NCBI GenBank assembly: GCA_040954595.2
Contig: CM082576.2
Location: 20,197,028 to 20,261,027 of the forward strand
DNA: 64,000 nucleotides
Direction: 5' to 3'
Source: Balanoglossus misakiensis
Lineage: Eukaryota; Animalia; Hemichordata
The notes under the pieces are model-generated. The model did not search any database and was not told the DNA's origin. It saw nothing but the letters and a program-made list of their open reading frames with translations. The position numbers were made by a program, and so were the translations under genes. This document shows positions 36,307 through 51,300 of this stretch, in pieces; position 1 is the first letter of the stretch, and each line of letters opens with the position of its first letter.

Positions 36307-39300
36307 CAAATTGTGGCTAAAATTGTTATTTTCGTGTTGAATACCGCCAGTGTCACTGCTTTTAAAAGTCATAAAAACTTTTAGCATACAAGCAATTGTT
36401 TATATATGATCAGGTCACCGAATTAAAAAAATAAAGAATGTTTTGCCTAAAAATGACCTTTTTGGTGCAAAAACGAATAAAACGCAATTTTGTATTAAAT
36501 CAGCTCATTCAGAGTGCATTTTTATAATCAGCACCATTTTTACGTATAATGGAAATTTCATACATCATCAGATATCCAAATATGAAAAAATGAATTAGAT
36601 ATATTTAAGATGATTGTCCAAAATTAGCTGATATCTGATAAATGTAGTATTGAACCGTTCTGTTTCCCCCCCCCCCCCTACATTACATGAGGTACGCCGA
36701 TGTCAGCTTACCCGGCATTACTGCAGGCCGTGCTCCCAACTAACGTCGGTGTTTGAAACGCCCTGGTTAAATTCGAGCTTTCTCTATAAATTGACAGGCA
36801 ATAATGCAGTCCTACCCGAACAAATGTCGAGTGTTGACCCGCTGTGACTTTCCCTCTTCGGTTTGCCCGACTTAGCCAACGTCTTTGTACTAATGTGTCG
36901 GGTCTTTTGCAGAGCCAGGCCGAAGGAAATCCAACTTGATCAACGTTGCTAACGAACGCTAGTGTCTGTCATGGTGTGCCGGGGTTTAAGTCGAGCCAGG
37001 CCGTAGGAGATCAAACTTGATCATCGTGGTCAATGTACGCGTGTTTCCGCTCTAAAGTGCCGGGGCTTCAGCTAAACCAGGCCGTAGGAAATCCGACGTA
37101 ATCACCGTTGTTAACTTACGCCAGTCTGTGTCATATAGAGCCGGGGCATCAGCCGTGCCAGGCCGAAGGAAATGTGAGTAGATCAACGTGGTCTCTGTAC
37201 GCGTGTTTCTGCTCTAGAGTGCCAGGGCTTTAGCCAAGCCATGCCGTAGGAAATCTGACTTGATCAACGTTGCTAACGAACGCTAGTGTCTGTCATAGTG
37301 TGCCGGGGTTTCAGTCGAGCCAAGCCGTAGGAGATCAGACTTGATCAACGTGGTCTCTGTACGCGTGTTTCTGCTCTAGAGTGCCGGGGCTTTATCCAAG
37401 TCATGCCGTAGGAAATCTGACTTGATCACCGTTGCTAACGAACGCTAGTGTCTGTCATGGTGTGCCGGGGTTTTAGTCGAGCCAGGCCGTAGGAAATCTG
37501 ACTTGATCAACGTTGCTAATGAACGCTAGTGTCTGTTATAGTGTGCCGGGGTTTTAGTCGAGCCAAGCCGTAGGAGATCAGACTTGATCAACGTGGTCTC
37601 TGTACGCGTGTTTCTGCTCTAGAGTGCCGGGGCTTTATCCAAGCCATGCCGTAGAAAATCTGACTTGATCACCGTTGCTAACCTACGCTAGTGTCTGTCA
37701 TATTGTGACGGAGATTTAGCCGAGCCAGGCCGTAGAAAAATCGACTTGTTCAACGTTACCATTTGTGCAACTGTTTCTGCTCTAGAGTGTCAGGGTTTTA
37801 GCCGACTTATGCTGTAGGAAATCTGAGTTGATGAACGGGAATTCATTGTTAGAAAACCCGTGGAAAGTATCTCTACCCGTTTGAAACTAAGAAAAGAATG
37901 TATTCTTATTTATTTTGTAAAAAAGACAATTTTTCGAAAAAAAGTCGAAAATGGTAATTTTGTCTTGGGTGATTCAAATTATACCGCCTTTTCTGGAATT
38001 TGCAGCACTTTTTACAAGAGAACGACACTTCATGCTCCATTATATTTCCGAAAAAGAAGAAAAGAGTTAATTTTTTATGATTTTTTAAAAATTTACCATT
38101 TTTGTCAAAATATGGCCAAAATGGCTATTTTTTCTTGAATTCCGTCAATATCTCTGCATTTTTGGAGTGGTCGAAAGTTTTAACATACAATCAACATGTC
38201 ATATATGATCAGGGCACCAAATTCGATGAACAAAGGTTTTTTATTTTTTTTTCTAAAAATGACATTTTCAAGGAAAATTTGGTAAAACGCAATTTTGTCT
38301 GCAGTGAGCCAAATTAGACGGTCTTTTGTGGAATTTGTATCGATATATACATACGAAGAGCATTCTATACTCCATCAGATTTCCGAAAATGTAGAAAACA
38401 TGTATTTTTTGTAATTTTCAAAAATTTACCATTTTGACCAAATTGTGGCTAAAATTGTTATTTTCGTGTTGAATGCCGCCAGTGTCACTGCTTTTAAAAG
38501 TCATAAAAACTTTCAACATACAAGCAATTGTTTATATATGATCAGGTCACCGAATTAAAAAAATGAAGAATGTTTGCCTAAAAATGACCTTTTTGGTGCA
38601 AAAACGAATAAAACGCAATTTTGTATTAAATCAGCTCATTCAGAGTGCATTTTTTATAATCAGCACCATTTTTACATATAATGGAAATTTCATACATCAT
38701 CAGATATCCAAATATGAAAAAATGATTTAGATTTTAGATGATTGTCCAAAATTAGCTGATATCTAATAAATGTAGTATTGAACCGTTCTGTTCCCCCCCC
38801 CCCTACATTATATGCGGTACGCCGATGTCAGCTTACCCGGCAGTACTGCAGGCCGTGCCCCCAACTAACGTCGGTGTTTGAAACGCCCTGGTTAAATTCG
38901 GGCTTTCTCTATAAATTGACAGGCAATAATGCAGTCCTACCCGAACAAATGTCGAGTGTTGACCCGCTGTGACTTTCCCTCTTCGGTTTGCCCGACTTAG
39001 CCAACGTCTTTGTACTAGAGTGTCGGGTCTTTTGCAGAGCCAGGCCGATGGAAATCCGACTTGATCACCGTTGCTAACGAACGCTAGTGTCTGTCATGGT
39101 GTGCCGGGGTTTTAGTCGAGCCAGGCCGTACAAGATCTGACTTGATCATCGTGGTCTATGTAAGCGTGTTTCCGCTCTAAAGTGCCGGGGTTTCAGCTAA
39201 ACCAGGCCGTAGGAAATCCGACGTAATCACCGTTGATAACTTACGACAGTCTGTGTCATATAGAGCCGGTGCACCAGCCGAGTCACGCCGTAGGAAATCT

Positions 39301-42300
39301 GACTTGATCAACGTGGTCAATGTACGCCTGTTTCTGCTCTAGAGTGCCGGGGCTTCAGCTGAGCCAGGCCGTAGGAAACCCGACGTGATTACCGTTGTTA
39401 ACTTACGCCAGTCTGTGTCCTATATATAGTGCCGGGGCATCAGCCGTGCCAGGCCGAAGGAAATGTGAGTAGATCAACGTGGTCTCTGTACTCGTGTTTC
39501 TGCTCTAGAGTGTCAGGGCTTTAGCAAAGCCATGCCGTAGGAAATCTGTCTTGATCAACGTTGCTAACGAACGCTAGTGTCTGTCATAGTGTGCCGGGGT
39601 TTTTAGTCGAGCCAAGCCGTAGGAGATCAGACTTGATCAACGTGGTCTCTGTACGCGTGTTTCTGCTCTAGAGTGCCGGGGCTTTATCTAAGCCATGCCG
39701 TAGAAAATCTGACTTGATCACCGTTGCTAACGTACGCTAGTGTCTGTCATATTGTGACGGAGATTTAGCCGAGCCAGGCTGTAAAAAAATCGACTTGTTC
39801 AACGTTACCAGTGTGCAACTGTTTCTGCTCTAGAGTGTCAGGGTTTTAGCCGATTTATGCTGTAGGAAATCAGAGCTGATGAACGGGAATTCAATGTTAG
39901 AAAACCCGTGTGGAAAGTATCTCTACCCGTTTGGAACTAAGAAAAGAATTTATTCTTATTTATTTTGTAAAAAAGACAATATTTCGAAAAAAAGTCGAAA
40001 ATGGTAATTTTGTCTTGGGTGATTCAAATTATACCGCCTTTTCTGGAATTTGCAGCACTTTTTACAAGAGAACGACACTTCATGCTCCATAATATTTCCG
40101 AAAATGAAGAAAAGAGTTAATTTTTTATGATTTTTAAAAATTTACCATTTTTGTCAAAATATGGCCAAAATGGCTATTTTTTCTTGAATTCCGTCAATAT
40201 CTCAGCATTTTTGGAGTGGTCGAAAGTTTTAACATACAATCAACATGTTATATATGATCAGGCACCAAATTCGAAGAACAAAGGTTTTTTATTTTTTTTT
40301 CTAAAATGACATTTTCAAGGAAAATTTGGTAAAACGCAATTTTGTCTGCAGTGAGCCAAATTAGACGGTCTTTTGTGGAATTTGTATCGATATATACATA
40401 CGAAGAGCATTCTATACTCCATCAGATTTCCGAAAATGTAGAAAACAGGTATTTTTTGTAATTTTCAAAAATTTACCATTTTGACCAAATTGTGGCTAAA
40501 ATTGTTATTTTCGTGTTGAATGCCGCCAGTGTCACTGCTTTTAAAAGTCATAAAAACTTTTAACATACAAGCAATTGTTTATATATGATCAGGTCACCGA
40601 ATTAAAAAAATAAAGAATGTTTTGACTAAAAATGACCTTTTTGGTGCAAAAACGAATAAAACGCAATTTTGTATTAAATCAGCTCATTCAGACTGCATTT
40701 TTATAATCAGCACCATTTTTACATATAATGGAAATTTCATACATCATCAGATATCCAAATATAAAAAAAAAGATGATTTACATTTTAGATGATTGTCCAA
40801 AATTAGCTGATATCTGATAAATGTAGTATTGAACCGTTCTGTTCCCCCCCCCCTACATTATATGCGGTACGCTGATGTCAGCTTACCCGGCAGTACTGCA
40901 GGCCGTGCCCCCAACTAACGGCGGTGTTTGAAACGCCCTGGTTAAATTCGGGCTTTCTCTATAAATTGACAGGCAATAATGCAGTCCTACCGGAACAAAT
41001 GTCGAGTGTTGACCCGCTGTGACTTTCCCTGTTCGGTTTGCCCGACTTAGCCAACGTCTTTGTACTAGAGTGTCGGGTCTTTTGCAGAGCCAGGCCGAAG
41101 GAAATCCGACTTGATCACCGTTGCTAACGAACGCTAGTGTCTGTCATGGTGTGCCGGGGTTTTAGTCGAGCCAGGCTGTAGGAGATCTGACTTGATCATC
41201 GTGGTCAATGTACGCGTGTTTCCGCTCTAAAGTGCCGGGGCTTCAGCTAAACCAGGCCGTAGGAAATCCGACGTAATCACCGTTGATAACTTACGCCAGT
41301 CTGTGTCATATAGAGCCGGTGCACCAGCCGAGTCACGCCGTAGGAAATCTTACTTGATCAACGTGGTCAATGTACGCCTGTTTCTGCTCTAGAGTGCTGG
41401 GGCTTCAGCTGAGCCAGGCCGTAGGAAATCCGACGTGATTACCGTTGTTAACTTACGCCAGTTTGTGTCCTATATATAGTGCCGGGGGCATCAGCCGTGC
41501 CAGGCCGAAGGAAATGTGAGAAGATCAACGTGGTCTCTGTACGCGTGTTTCTGCTCTAGAGTGCCAGGGTTTTAGCTAAGCCATGCCGTAGGAAATCTGA
41601 CTTGATCAACGTTGCTAACGAACGCTAGTGTCTGTCATAGTGTGCCGGGGTTTTAGTCGAGCCAAGCCGTAGGAGATCAGACTTGATCAACGTGGTCTCT
41701 GTACGCGTGTTTCTTCTCTAGAGTGCCGGGGCTTCAGCTCAGCCAGGCCGTAGGAAACCCATGCCGTAGAAAATCTGACTTGATCACCGTTGCTAACGTA
41801 CGCTTGTGTCTGTCATATTGTGACGGAGATTTAGTCGAGCCAGGCCGTAGAAAAATCGACTTGTTCAACGTTACCAGTGTGCAACTGTTTCTGCTCTAGA
41901 GTGTAAGGGTTTTAGCCGACTTATGCTGTAGGAAATCTGAGTTGATGAACGGGAATTCAATGTTAGGAAACCCGTGTGGAAAGTATCTCTACCCGTTTGA
42001 AACTAAGAAAAGAATTTATTCTTATTTATTTTGTAAAAAAACAATTTTTCGAAAAAAAGTCGAAAATGGTAATTTTGTCTTGGGTGATTCAAATTATACC
42101 ACCTTTTCTGGAATTTGCAGCACTTTTTACAAGAGAACGACACTTCATGCTCCATAATATTTCCGAAAATGAAGAAAAGAGTTTATTTTTTATGCTTTTT
42201 AAAAATTTACCATTTTTGTCAAAATATGGCCAAAATGGCTATTTTTTCTTGAATTCCGTCAATATCTCTGCATTTTTGGAGTGGTCGAAACTTTTAACAT

Positions 42301-45300
42301 ACAATCAACATGTCGTTATGATCCGAGCACCAAATTCGAAGAACAAAGGTTTTTTTATTTTTTTTTCTAAAAATGACATTTTCAAGGAAAATTTGGTAAA
42401 ACGCAATTGTGTCTGCAGTGAGCCAAATTAGACGGTCTTTTGTGGAATTTGTATCGATATATACATACGAAGAGCATTCTATACTCCATCAGATTTCCGA
42501 AAATGTAGAAAACAGGTATTTTTTGTAATTTTCAAAATTTTTCCATTTTGACCAAATTGTGCTTAAATTGTTATTTTCGTGTTGAATGCCGCCAGTGTCA
42601 CTGATTTTAAAAGTCATAAAAACTTTTAACATACAAGCAATTCTTTATATATGATCAGGTCACCGAATTAAAAAAATAAAGAATGTTTTGCCTAAAAATG
42701 ACCTTTTACGTGCAAAAACGAATAAAACGTAATTTTGTATTAAATCAGCTCATTCAGAGTGCATTTTTTATAATCAGCAATATTTTTACATATAATGGAA
42801 ATTTCATACATCATCAGATATCCAAATATGAAAAAATGATTTAGATTTTAGATGATTGTCCAAAATTAGCTGATATCTAATAAATGTATTATTGAACCGT
42901 TCTGTTTGCCCCCCCCCCCCCCTACATTATATGCGGTACGCCGATGTCAGCTTACCCGGCAGTACTGCAGGCCGTGCCCCCAACTAACGTCGGTGTTTGA
43001 AACGCCCTGGTTAAATTCGGGCTTTCTCTATAAATTGACAGGCAATAATGCAGTCCTACCCGAACAAATGTCGAGTGTTGACCAGCTGTGACTTTCCCTC
43101 TTCGGTTTGCCCGACTTAGCCAACGTCTTTGTACTAGAGTGTCGGGTCTTTTGCAGAGCCAGGCCGAAGGAAATCCGACTTGATCAACGTGGTCAATGTA
43201 CGCCTGTTTCTGCTCTAGAGTGCCGGGGCTTCAGCTGAGCCAGGCCGTAGGAAACCCGACGTGATTACCGTTGTTAACTTACGCCAGTCTGTGTCCTATA
43301 TATAGTGCCGGGGCATCAGCCGTGCCAGGCCGAAGGAAATGTGAGTAGATCAACGTGGTCTCTGTACGCGTGTTTCTGCTCTAGAGTGCCGGGGCTTTAT
43401 CCAAGCCATGCCGTAGAAAATCTGACTTGATCACCGTTGCTAACGTACGCTAGTGTCTGTCATATTGTGACGGAGATTTAGCCGAGCCAGGCCGTAGAAA
43501 AATCGACTTGTTCAACGTTACCAGTGTGCAACTGTTTCTGCTCTAGAGTGTCAGGGTTTTAGCCGACTTATGCTGTAGGAAATCTGAGTTGATGAACGGG
43601 AATTCAATGTTAGAAAACCCGTGTGGAAAGTATCACTACCCGTTTGAAACTAAGAAAATAATTTATTCTTATTTATTTTGTAATAAAGACAATTTTTCGA
43701 AAAAAAGTCGAAAATGGTAATTTTGTCTTGGGTGATTCAAATTATACCGCCTTTTCTGGAATTTGCAGCACTTTTTACAAGAGAACGACACTTCATGCTC
43801 CATAATATTTCCGAAAATGAAGAAAAGAGTTTAATTTTTATAATTTTTTAAAAATGTACTATTTTGTCAAAATATGGCCAAAATGGCTATTTTTTCTTGA
43901 ATTCCGTCAATATCTCTGCATTTTTGGAGTGGTCGAAAGTTTTAACATACAATCAACATGTCATATATGATCAGGGCACCTAATTCGAAGAACAAAGGTT
44001 TTTTTATTTTATTTTTTCTAAAAATGACATTTTCAAGGAAAATTTGGTAAAACGCAATTTTGTCTGCAGTGAGCCAAATTAGACGGTCTTTTGTGGAATT
44101 TGTATCGATATATACATACGAAGAGCATTCTATACTCCATCAGATTTCCGAAAATGTAGAAAACAGGTATTTTTTGTAATTTTAAAAAAATTTACAATTT
44201 TTACCAAATTGTGGCTAAAATTGCTATTTTCGCGTTGAATGCCGCCAGTGTTACTGCTTTTAAAAGTCATGAAAACTTTTAACATACAAGCAATTGTTTA
44301 TATATGATCAGGTCACCGAATTAAAAAAATAAAGAACGTTTTGACTAAAAATGACATTTTTGGTGCAAAAACGAAGAAAACGCAATTTTGTATTAAATCA
44401 GCTCATTCAGAGTGCATTTTTTATAATCAGCACCATTTTTACATATAATGGAAATTTCATACATCATCAGATATCCAAATATGAAAACATGATTTAGATT
44501 TTAGATGATTGTCCAAAATTAGCTGATATCTAATAAATGTAGTATTGAACCGTTCTGTTCCCCCCCCCCTACATTACATGCGGTACGCCGATGTCAGCTT
44601 ACCCGGCAGGACTGCAGGCCGTGCCCCCAACTAACGTCGGTGTTTGAAACGCCCTGGTTAAATTCGGGCTTTCTCTATAAATTGACAGGCAATAATGCAG
44701 TCCTACCCGAACAAATGTCGAGTGTTGACCCGCTGTGACTTTCCCTCTTCGGTTTGCCCGACTTAGCCAACGTCTTTGTACTAGAGTGTCGGTTCTTTTG
44801 CAGAGCCAGGCCGAAGGAAATCCGACTTGATCACCTTTGCTAACGAACGCTAGTGTCTGTCATGGTGTGCCGGGGTTTTAGTCGAGCCAGGCTGTAGGAG
44901 ATCTGACTTGATCATCGTGGTCAATGTACGCGTGTTTCCGCTCTAAAGTGCCGGGGCTTCAGCTAAACCAGGCCGTAGGAAATCCGACGTAATCACCATT
45001 GATAACTTACGCCAGTCAGTGTCATATAGAGCCGGTGCACCAGCCGAGTCACGCCGTAGGAAATCTGACTTGATCAACGTGGTCAATGTACGCCTGTTTC
45101 TGCTCTAGAGTGCCGGGGCTTCAGCTGAGCCAGGCCGTAGGAAACCCGACGTGATTACCGTTGTTAACTTACGCCAGTCTGTGTCCTATATATAGTGCCG
45201 GGGCATCAGCCGTGCCAGGCCGAAGGAAATGTGAGTAGATCAACGTGGTCTCTGTACGCGTGTTTCTGCTCTAGAGTGCTGGGGCTTTATCCAAGCCATG

Positions 45301-48300
45301 CCGTAGAAAATCTGACTTGATCACCGTTGCTAACGTTTGCTAGTGTCTGTCATATTGTGACGGAGATTTAGCCGAGCCAGGCCATAGAAAAATCGACTTG
45401 TTCAACGTTACCAGTGTGCAACTGTTTCTGCTCTAGAGTGTCAGGGTTTTAGCCGACTTATGCTGTAGGAAATCTGAGTTGATGAACGGGAATTCAATGT
45501 TAGAAAACCCGTGTGGAAAGTATCTCTACCCGTTTGAAACTAAGAAAAGAATTTATTCTTATTTATTTTGTAAAAAAGACAATTTTTCGAAAAAAAGTCG
45601 AAAATGGTAATTTTGTCTTGGGTGATTCAAATTATACCGCCTTTTCTGGAATTTGCAGCACTTTTTACAAGAGAACGACACTTCATGCTCCATAATATTT
45701 CCGAAAATGAAGAAAAGAGTTAATTTTTTATGATTATTTAAAAATTTACCATTTTTGTCAAAATATGGCCAAAATGGCTATTTTTTCTTGAATTCCGTCA
45801 ATATCTCTGCATTTTTGGAGTGGTCGAAAGTTTTAACATACAATCAACATATCATATATGATCAGGGCACCAAATTCGAAGAACAAAGGTTTTTTTCTTT
45901 CTTTTTTCTTCTAAAAATGACATATTCAAGGAAAATTTGGTAAAACGCAATTTTGTCTGCAGTGAGCCAAATTAGACGGTCTTTTGACCAAATTGTGGCT
46001 AAAATTGTTATTTTCGTGTTGAATGCCGCCAGTGTCACTGCTTTTAAAAGTCATAAAAACTTTTAACATACAAGCAATTGTTTATATATGATCAGGTCAC
46101 CGAATTAAAAAAATAAAGAATGTTTTGCCTAAAAATGACCTTTTTGGTGCAAAAATGAATAAAACGCAATTTTGTATTAAATCAGAATGCATTTTGTATA
46201 ATCAGCACCATTTTTACATATAATGGAAATTTCATACATCATCAGATATCCAAATATGAAAAAAATGATTTAGATTTTAAATGATCGTCCAAAATTAGCT
46301 GATATCTAATAAATGTAGTATTGAACCGTTCTGTCCCCCCCCCCTACATTATATGCGGTACGCCGATGTCAGCTTACCCGGCAGTACTGCAGGCCGTGCC
46401 CCCAACTAACGTCGGTGTTTGAAACGCCCTGGTTAAATTTGGGCTTTCTCTATAAATTGACAGGCAATAATGCAGTCCTACCCGAACAAATGTCAAGCGT
46501 TGAACCGCTGTGACTTTCCCTCTTCGGTTTGCCTGACTTAGCCAACGTCTTTGTACTAGAGTGTCGGGTCTTTTGCAGAGCCAGGCCGACGGAAATCCGA
46601 CTTGATCACCGTTGCTAACGAACGCTAGTGTCTGTCATGGTGTGCCGGGATTTTAGTCGAGCCAGGCCGTAGGAGATCTGACTTGATCATCGTGGTCAAT
46701 GTACGCGTGTTTCCGCTCTAAAGTGCCGGGGATTCAGCTAAACCAGGCCGTAGGAAATCCTACGTAATCACCGTTGATAACTTACGCCAGTCTGTGTCAT
46801 ATAGTGCCGGTGCACCAGCCGAGTCACGCCGTAGAAAATCTGACTTGATCAACGTGGTCAATGTACGCCTGTTTCTGCTCTAGAGTGCCGGGGCTTCAGC
46901 TGAGCCAGGCCGTAGGAAACCCGACGTGATTACCGTTGTTAACTTACGCCAGTCTGTGTCCTATATATAGTGCCGGGGCATCAGTCGTGCCAGGCCGAAG
47001 GAAATGTGAGGAGATCAACGTGGTCTCTGTACGCGTGTTTCTGCTCTAGAGCGCCAGGGTTTTAGCTAAGCCATGCCGTAGGAAATCTGACTTGATCAAC
47101 GTTGCTAACGAACGCTAGTGTCTGTCATAGTGTGCCGGGGTTTTAGTCGAGCCAAGCCGTAGGAGATCAGACTTGATCAACGTTACCAGTGTGCAACTGT
47201 TTTTGCTCTAGAGTGTCAGGGTTTTAGCCGACTTATGCAGTAGGAAATCTGAGTTCATGAACGGGAATTTAATGTTAGAAAACCCGTGTGGAAAGTATCT
47301 CTACCCGTTTGAAACTAAGAAAAGAATTTATTCTTATTTATTTTGTAAAAAAGACAATTTTTCGAAAAAAGTCGAAAATGGTAATTTTGTCTTGGGTGAT
47401 TCAAATTATACCGCCTTTTCTGGAATTTGCCGCACTTTTTACAAGAGAACGACACTTCATGCTCCATAATATTTCTGAAAATGAAGAAAAGAGTGAATTT
47501 TTTATGATTATTTAAAAATTTACCATTTTTGTCAAAATATGGCCAAAATGGCTATTTTTTCTTGAATTCCGTCAATATCTCTGCATTTTTGGAGTGGTCG
47601 AAAGTTTTAACATACAATCAACATATCATATATGATCAGGGCACCAAATTCGAAGAACAAAGGTTTTTTTCTTTCTTTTTTCTTCTAAAAATGACATTTT
47701 CAAGGAAAATTTGGTAAAACGCAATTTTGTCTGCAGTGAGCCAAATTAGACGGTCTTTTGTGGAATTTGTATCGATATATACATACGAGGAGCATTCTAT
47801 ACTCCATCAGATTTCCGAAAATGTAGAAAACAGGTATTTTTTGTAATTTTCAAAAATTTACCATTTTGACCAAATTGTGGCTAAAATTGTTATTTTCGTG
47901 TTGAATGCCGCCAGTGTCACTGCTTTTAAAAGTCATAAAAACTTTTAACATACAAGCAATTGTTTATATATGATCAGGTCACCGAATTAAAAAAATAACG
48001 AATGTTTTGCCTAAAAATGACCTTTTTGGTGCAAAAATGAATAAAACGCAATTTTGTATTAAATCAGAATGCATTTTTTATAATAAGCACCATTTTTACA
48101 TATAATGGAAATTTCATACATCATCAGATATCCAAATATGAAAAAATGATTTAGATTTTAAATGATCGTCCAAAATTAGCTGATATCTAATAAATGTAGT
48201 ATTGAACCGTTCTGTTCCCCCCCCCCCCTACATTATATGCGGTACGCCGATGTCAGCTTACCCGGCAGTACTGCAGGCCGTGCCCACAACTAACGTCGGT

Positions 48301-51300
48301 GTTTGAAACGCCCTGGTTAAATTCGGGCTTTCTCTATAAATTGACAGGCAATAATGCAGTCCTACCCGAACAAATGTCAAGTGTTGAACCGCTGTGACTT
48401 TCCCTTTTCGGTTTGCCCGACTTAGCCAACGTCTTTGTACTAGAGTGTCGGGTCTTTTGCAGAGCCAGGCCGAAGGAAATCCGACTAGATCACCGTTGCT
48501 AACGAACGCTAGTGTCTGTCATGGTGTGCCGGGGTTTTAGTCGAGCCAGGCCGTAGGAGATCTGACTTGATCATCGTGGTCAATGTACGCGTGTTTCCGC
48601 TCTAAAGTGCCGGGGCTTCAGCTAAACCAGGCCGTAGAAAATCCGACGTAATCACCGTTGATAACTTACGCCAGTCTGTGTCATATAGAGCCGGTGCACC
48701 AGCCGAGTCACGCCGTAGGAAATCTGACTTGATCAACGTGGTCAATGTACGCCTGTTTCTGCTCTAGAGTGCCGGGGCTTCAGCTGAGCCAGGCCGTAGG
48801 AAACCCGACGTGATTACCGTTGTTAACTTACGCCAGTCTGTGTCCTATATATAGTGCCGGGGCATCAGCCGTGCCAGGCCGAAGGAAATGTGAGTACATC
48901 AACGTGGTCTCTGTACGCGTGTTTCTGCTCTAGAATGCCAGGGCTTTAGCCAAGCCATGCCGTAGGAAATCTGACTTGATCAACGTTGCTAACGAACGCC
49001 AGTGTCTGTCATAGTGTGCCGGGGTTTTAGTCGAGCCAAGCCGTAGGAGATCAGACTTGATCAACGTGGTCTCTGTACGCGTGTTTCTGCTCTAGAGTGC
49101 CGGGGCTTTATCCAAGCCATGCCGTAGAAAATCTGACTTGATCACCGTTGCTAACGTACGCTAGTGTCTGTCATATTTTGACGGAGATTTAGCCGAGCAT
49201 GGCCGTAGAAAAATCGACTTGTTCAACGTTACCAGTGTGCAACTGTTTCTGCTCTAGAGTGTCAGGGTTTTAGCCGACTTATGCTGTAGGAAATCTGAGT
49301 TTATGAACGGGAATTCAATGTTAGAAAACCCGTGTGGAAAGTATCTCTACCCGTTTGAAACTAAGTAAAGAATTTATTCTTATTTATTTTGTAAAATTTT
49401 CTAAAATTTACCATTTTTGTCAAAATATGGCCAAAATAGCTATTTTTTCTTGAATTCCGTCAATATCTCTGCATTTTTGGAGTGGTCGAAAGTTTTAACA
49501 TACAATCAACATGTCATATATGATCAGGGCACCAAATTCGAAGAACAAAGGTTTTTTTATTTTTTTTCTAAAAATGACATTTTCAAGGAAAATTTGGTAA
49601 AACGCAATTTTGTCTGCAGTGAGCCAAATTAGACGGTCTTTTGTGGAATTTGTATCGATATATACATACGAAGAGCATTCTATACTCCATCAGATTTCCG
49701 AAAATGTAGAACACAGGTATTTTTTGTAATTTTCAAAAATTTACCATTTAGACCAAATTGTGGCTAAAATTGTTATTTTCGTGTTGAATGCCGCCAGTGT
49801 CATTGCTTTTAAAAGTCATAAAAACTTTTAACATACAAGCAATTGTTTATATATGATCAGGTCACCGAATTAATAAAATAAAGAATGTTTTGCCTAAAAA
49901 TGACCTTTTTGGTGCAGAAACGAATAAAACGCAATTTTGTATTAAATCAGCTCATTCAGAGTGCATTTTTTATAATCAGCACCATGTTTACATATAAAGG
50001 AAATTTCATAAATCATCAGATATCCAAATATGAAAAAATGATTTAGATTTTAGATGATTGTCCAAAATTAGCTGATATCTAATAAATGTAGTATTGAACC
50101 GTTCTGTTCCCCCCCCCCCCACTACATTATATGCGGTACGCCGATGTGAGCTTACACGGCAGTACTGCAGACCGTGCCCCCAACTAACGTCGGTGTTTGA
50201 AGCGCCCTGGTTAAATTCGGGCTTTCTCTATAAATTGACAGGCAATAATGCAGTCCTACCCGAACAAATGTCGAGTGTTGACCCGCTGTGACTTTCCCTC
50301 TTCGGTTTGCCCGACTTAGCCAACGTCTTTGTACTAGAGTGTCGGGTCTTTTGCAGAGCCAGGCCGAAGGAAATCCGACTTGATCACCGTTGCTAACGAA
50401 CGCTAGTGTCTGTCATGGTGTGCCGGGGTTTTAGTCGAGCCAGGCCGTAGGAGATCTGACTTGATCATCGTGGTCAATGTACGCGTGTTTCCGCTCTAAA
50501 GTGCCGGGGCTTCAGCTAAACCAGGCCGTAGGAAATCCGACGTAATCACCGTTGATAACTTACGCCAGTCTGTGTCATATAGAGCTGGTGCACCAGCCGA
50601 GTCACGCCGTAGGAAATCTGACTAGATCAACGTGGTCAATGTACGCCTGTTTCTGCTCTAGAGTGCCGGGGCTTCAGCTGAGCCAGGCCGTAGGAAACCC
50701 GACGTGATTACCGTTGTTAACTTACGCCAGTCTGTGTCCTATATATAGTGCCGGGGCATCAGCCGTGCCAGGCCGAAGGAAATGTGAGTAGATCAACGTG
50801 GTCTCTGTACGCGTGTTTCTGCTCTAGAGTGCCAGGGCTTTAGCCAAGCCATGCCGTAGGAAATATGACTTAATCAACGTTGCTAACGAACGCTAGTGTC
50901 TGTCATAGTGTGCCGGGGTTTCAGTCGAGCCAAGCCGTAGGAGATCAGACTTGATCAACGTGGTCTCTGTACGCGTGTTTCTGCTCTAGAGTGCCGGGGC
51001 TTTATCCAAGCCATGCCGTAGAAAATCTGACTTAATCAACGTTGCTAACGAACGCTAGTGTCTGTCATAGTGTGCCGGGGTTTCAGTCGAGCCAAGCCGT
51101 AGGAGATCAGACTTGATCAACGTGGTCTCTGTACGCGTGTTTCTGCTCTAGAGTGCCGGGGCTTTATCCAAGCCATGCCGTAGAAAATCTGACTTGATCA
51201 CCGTTGCTAACGTACGCTAGTGTCTGTCATATTGTGACGGACATTTAGCGGAGCCAGGCCGTAGAAAAATCGACTTGTTCAACGTTACCAGTGTGCAACT

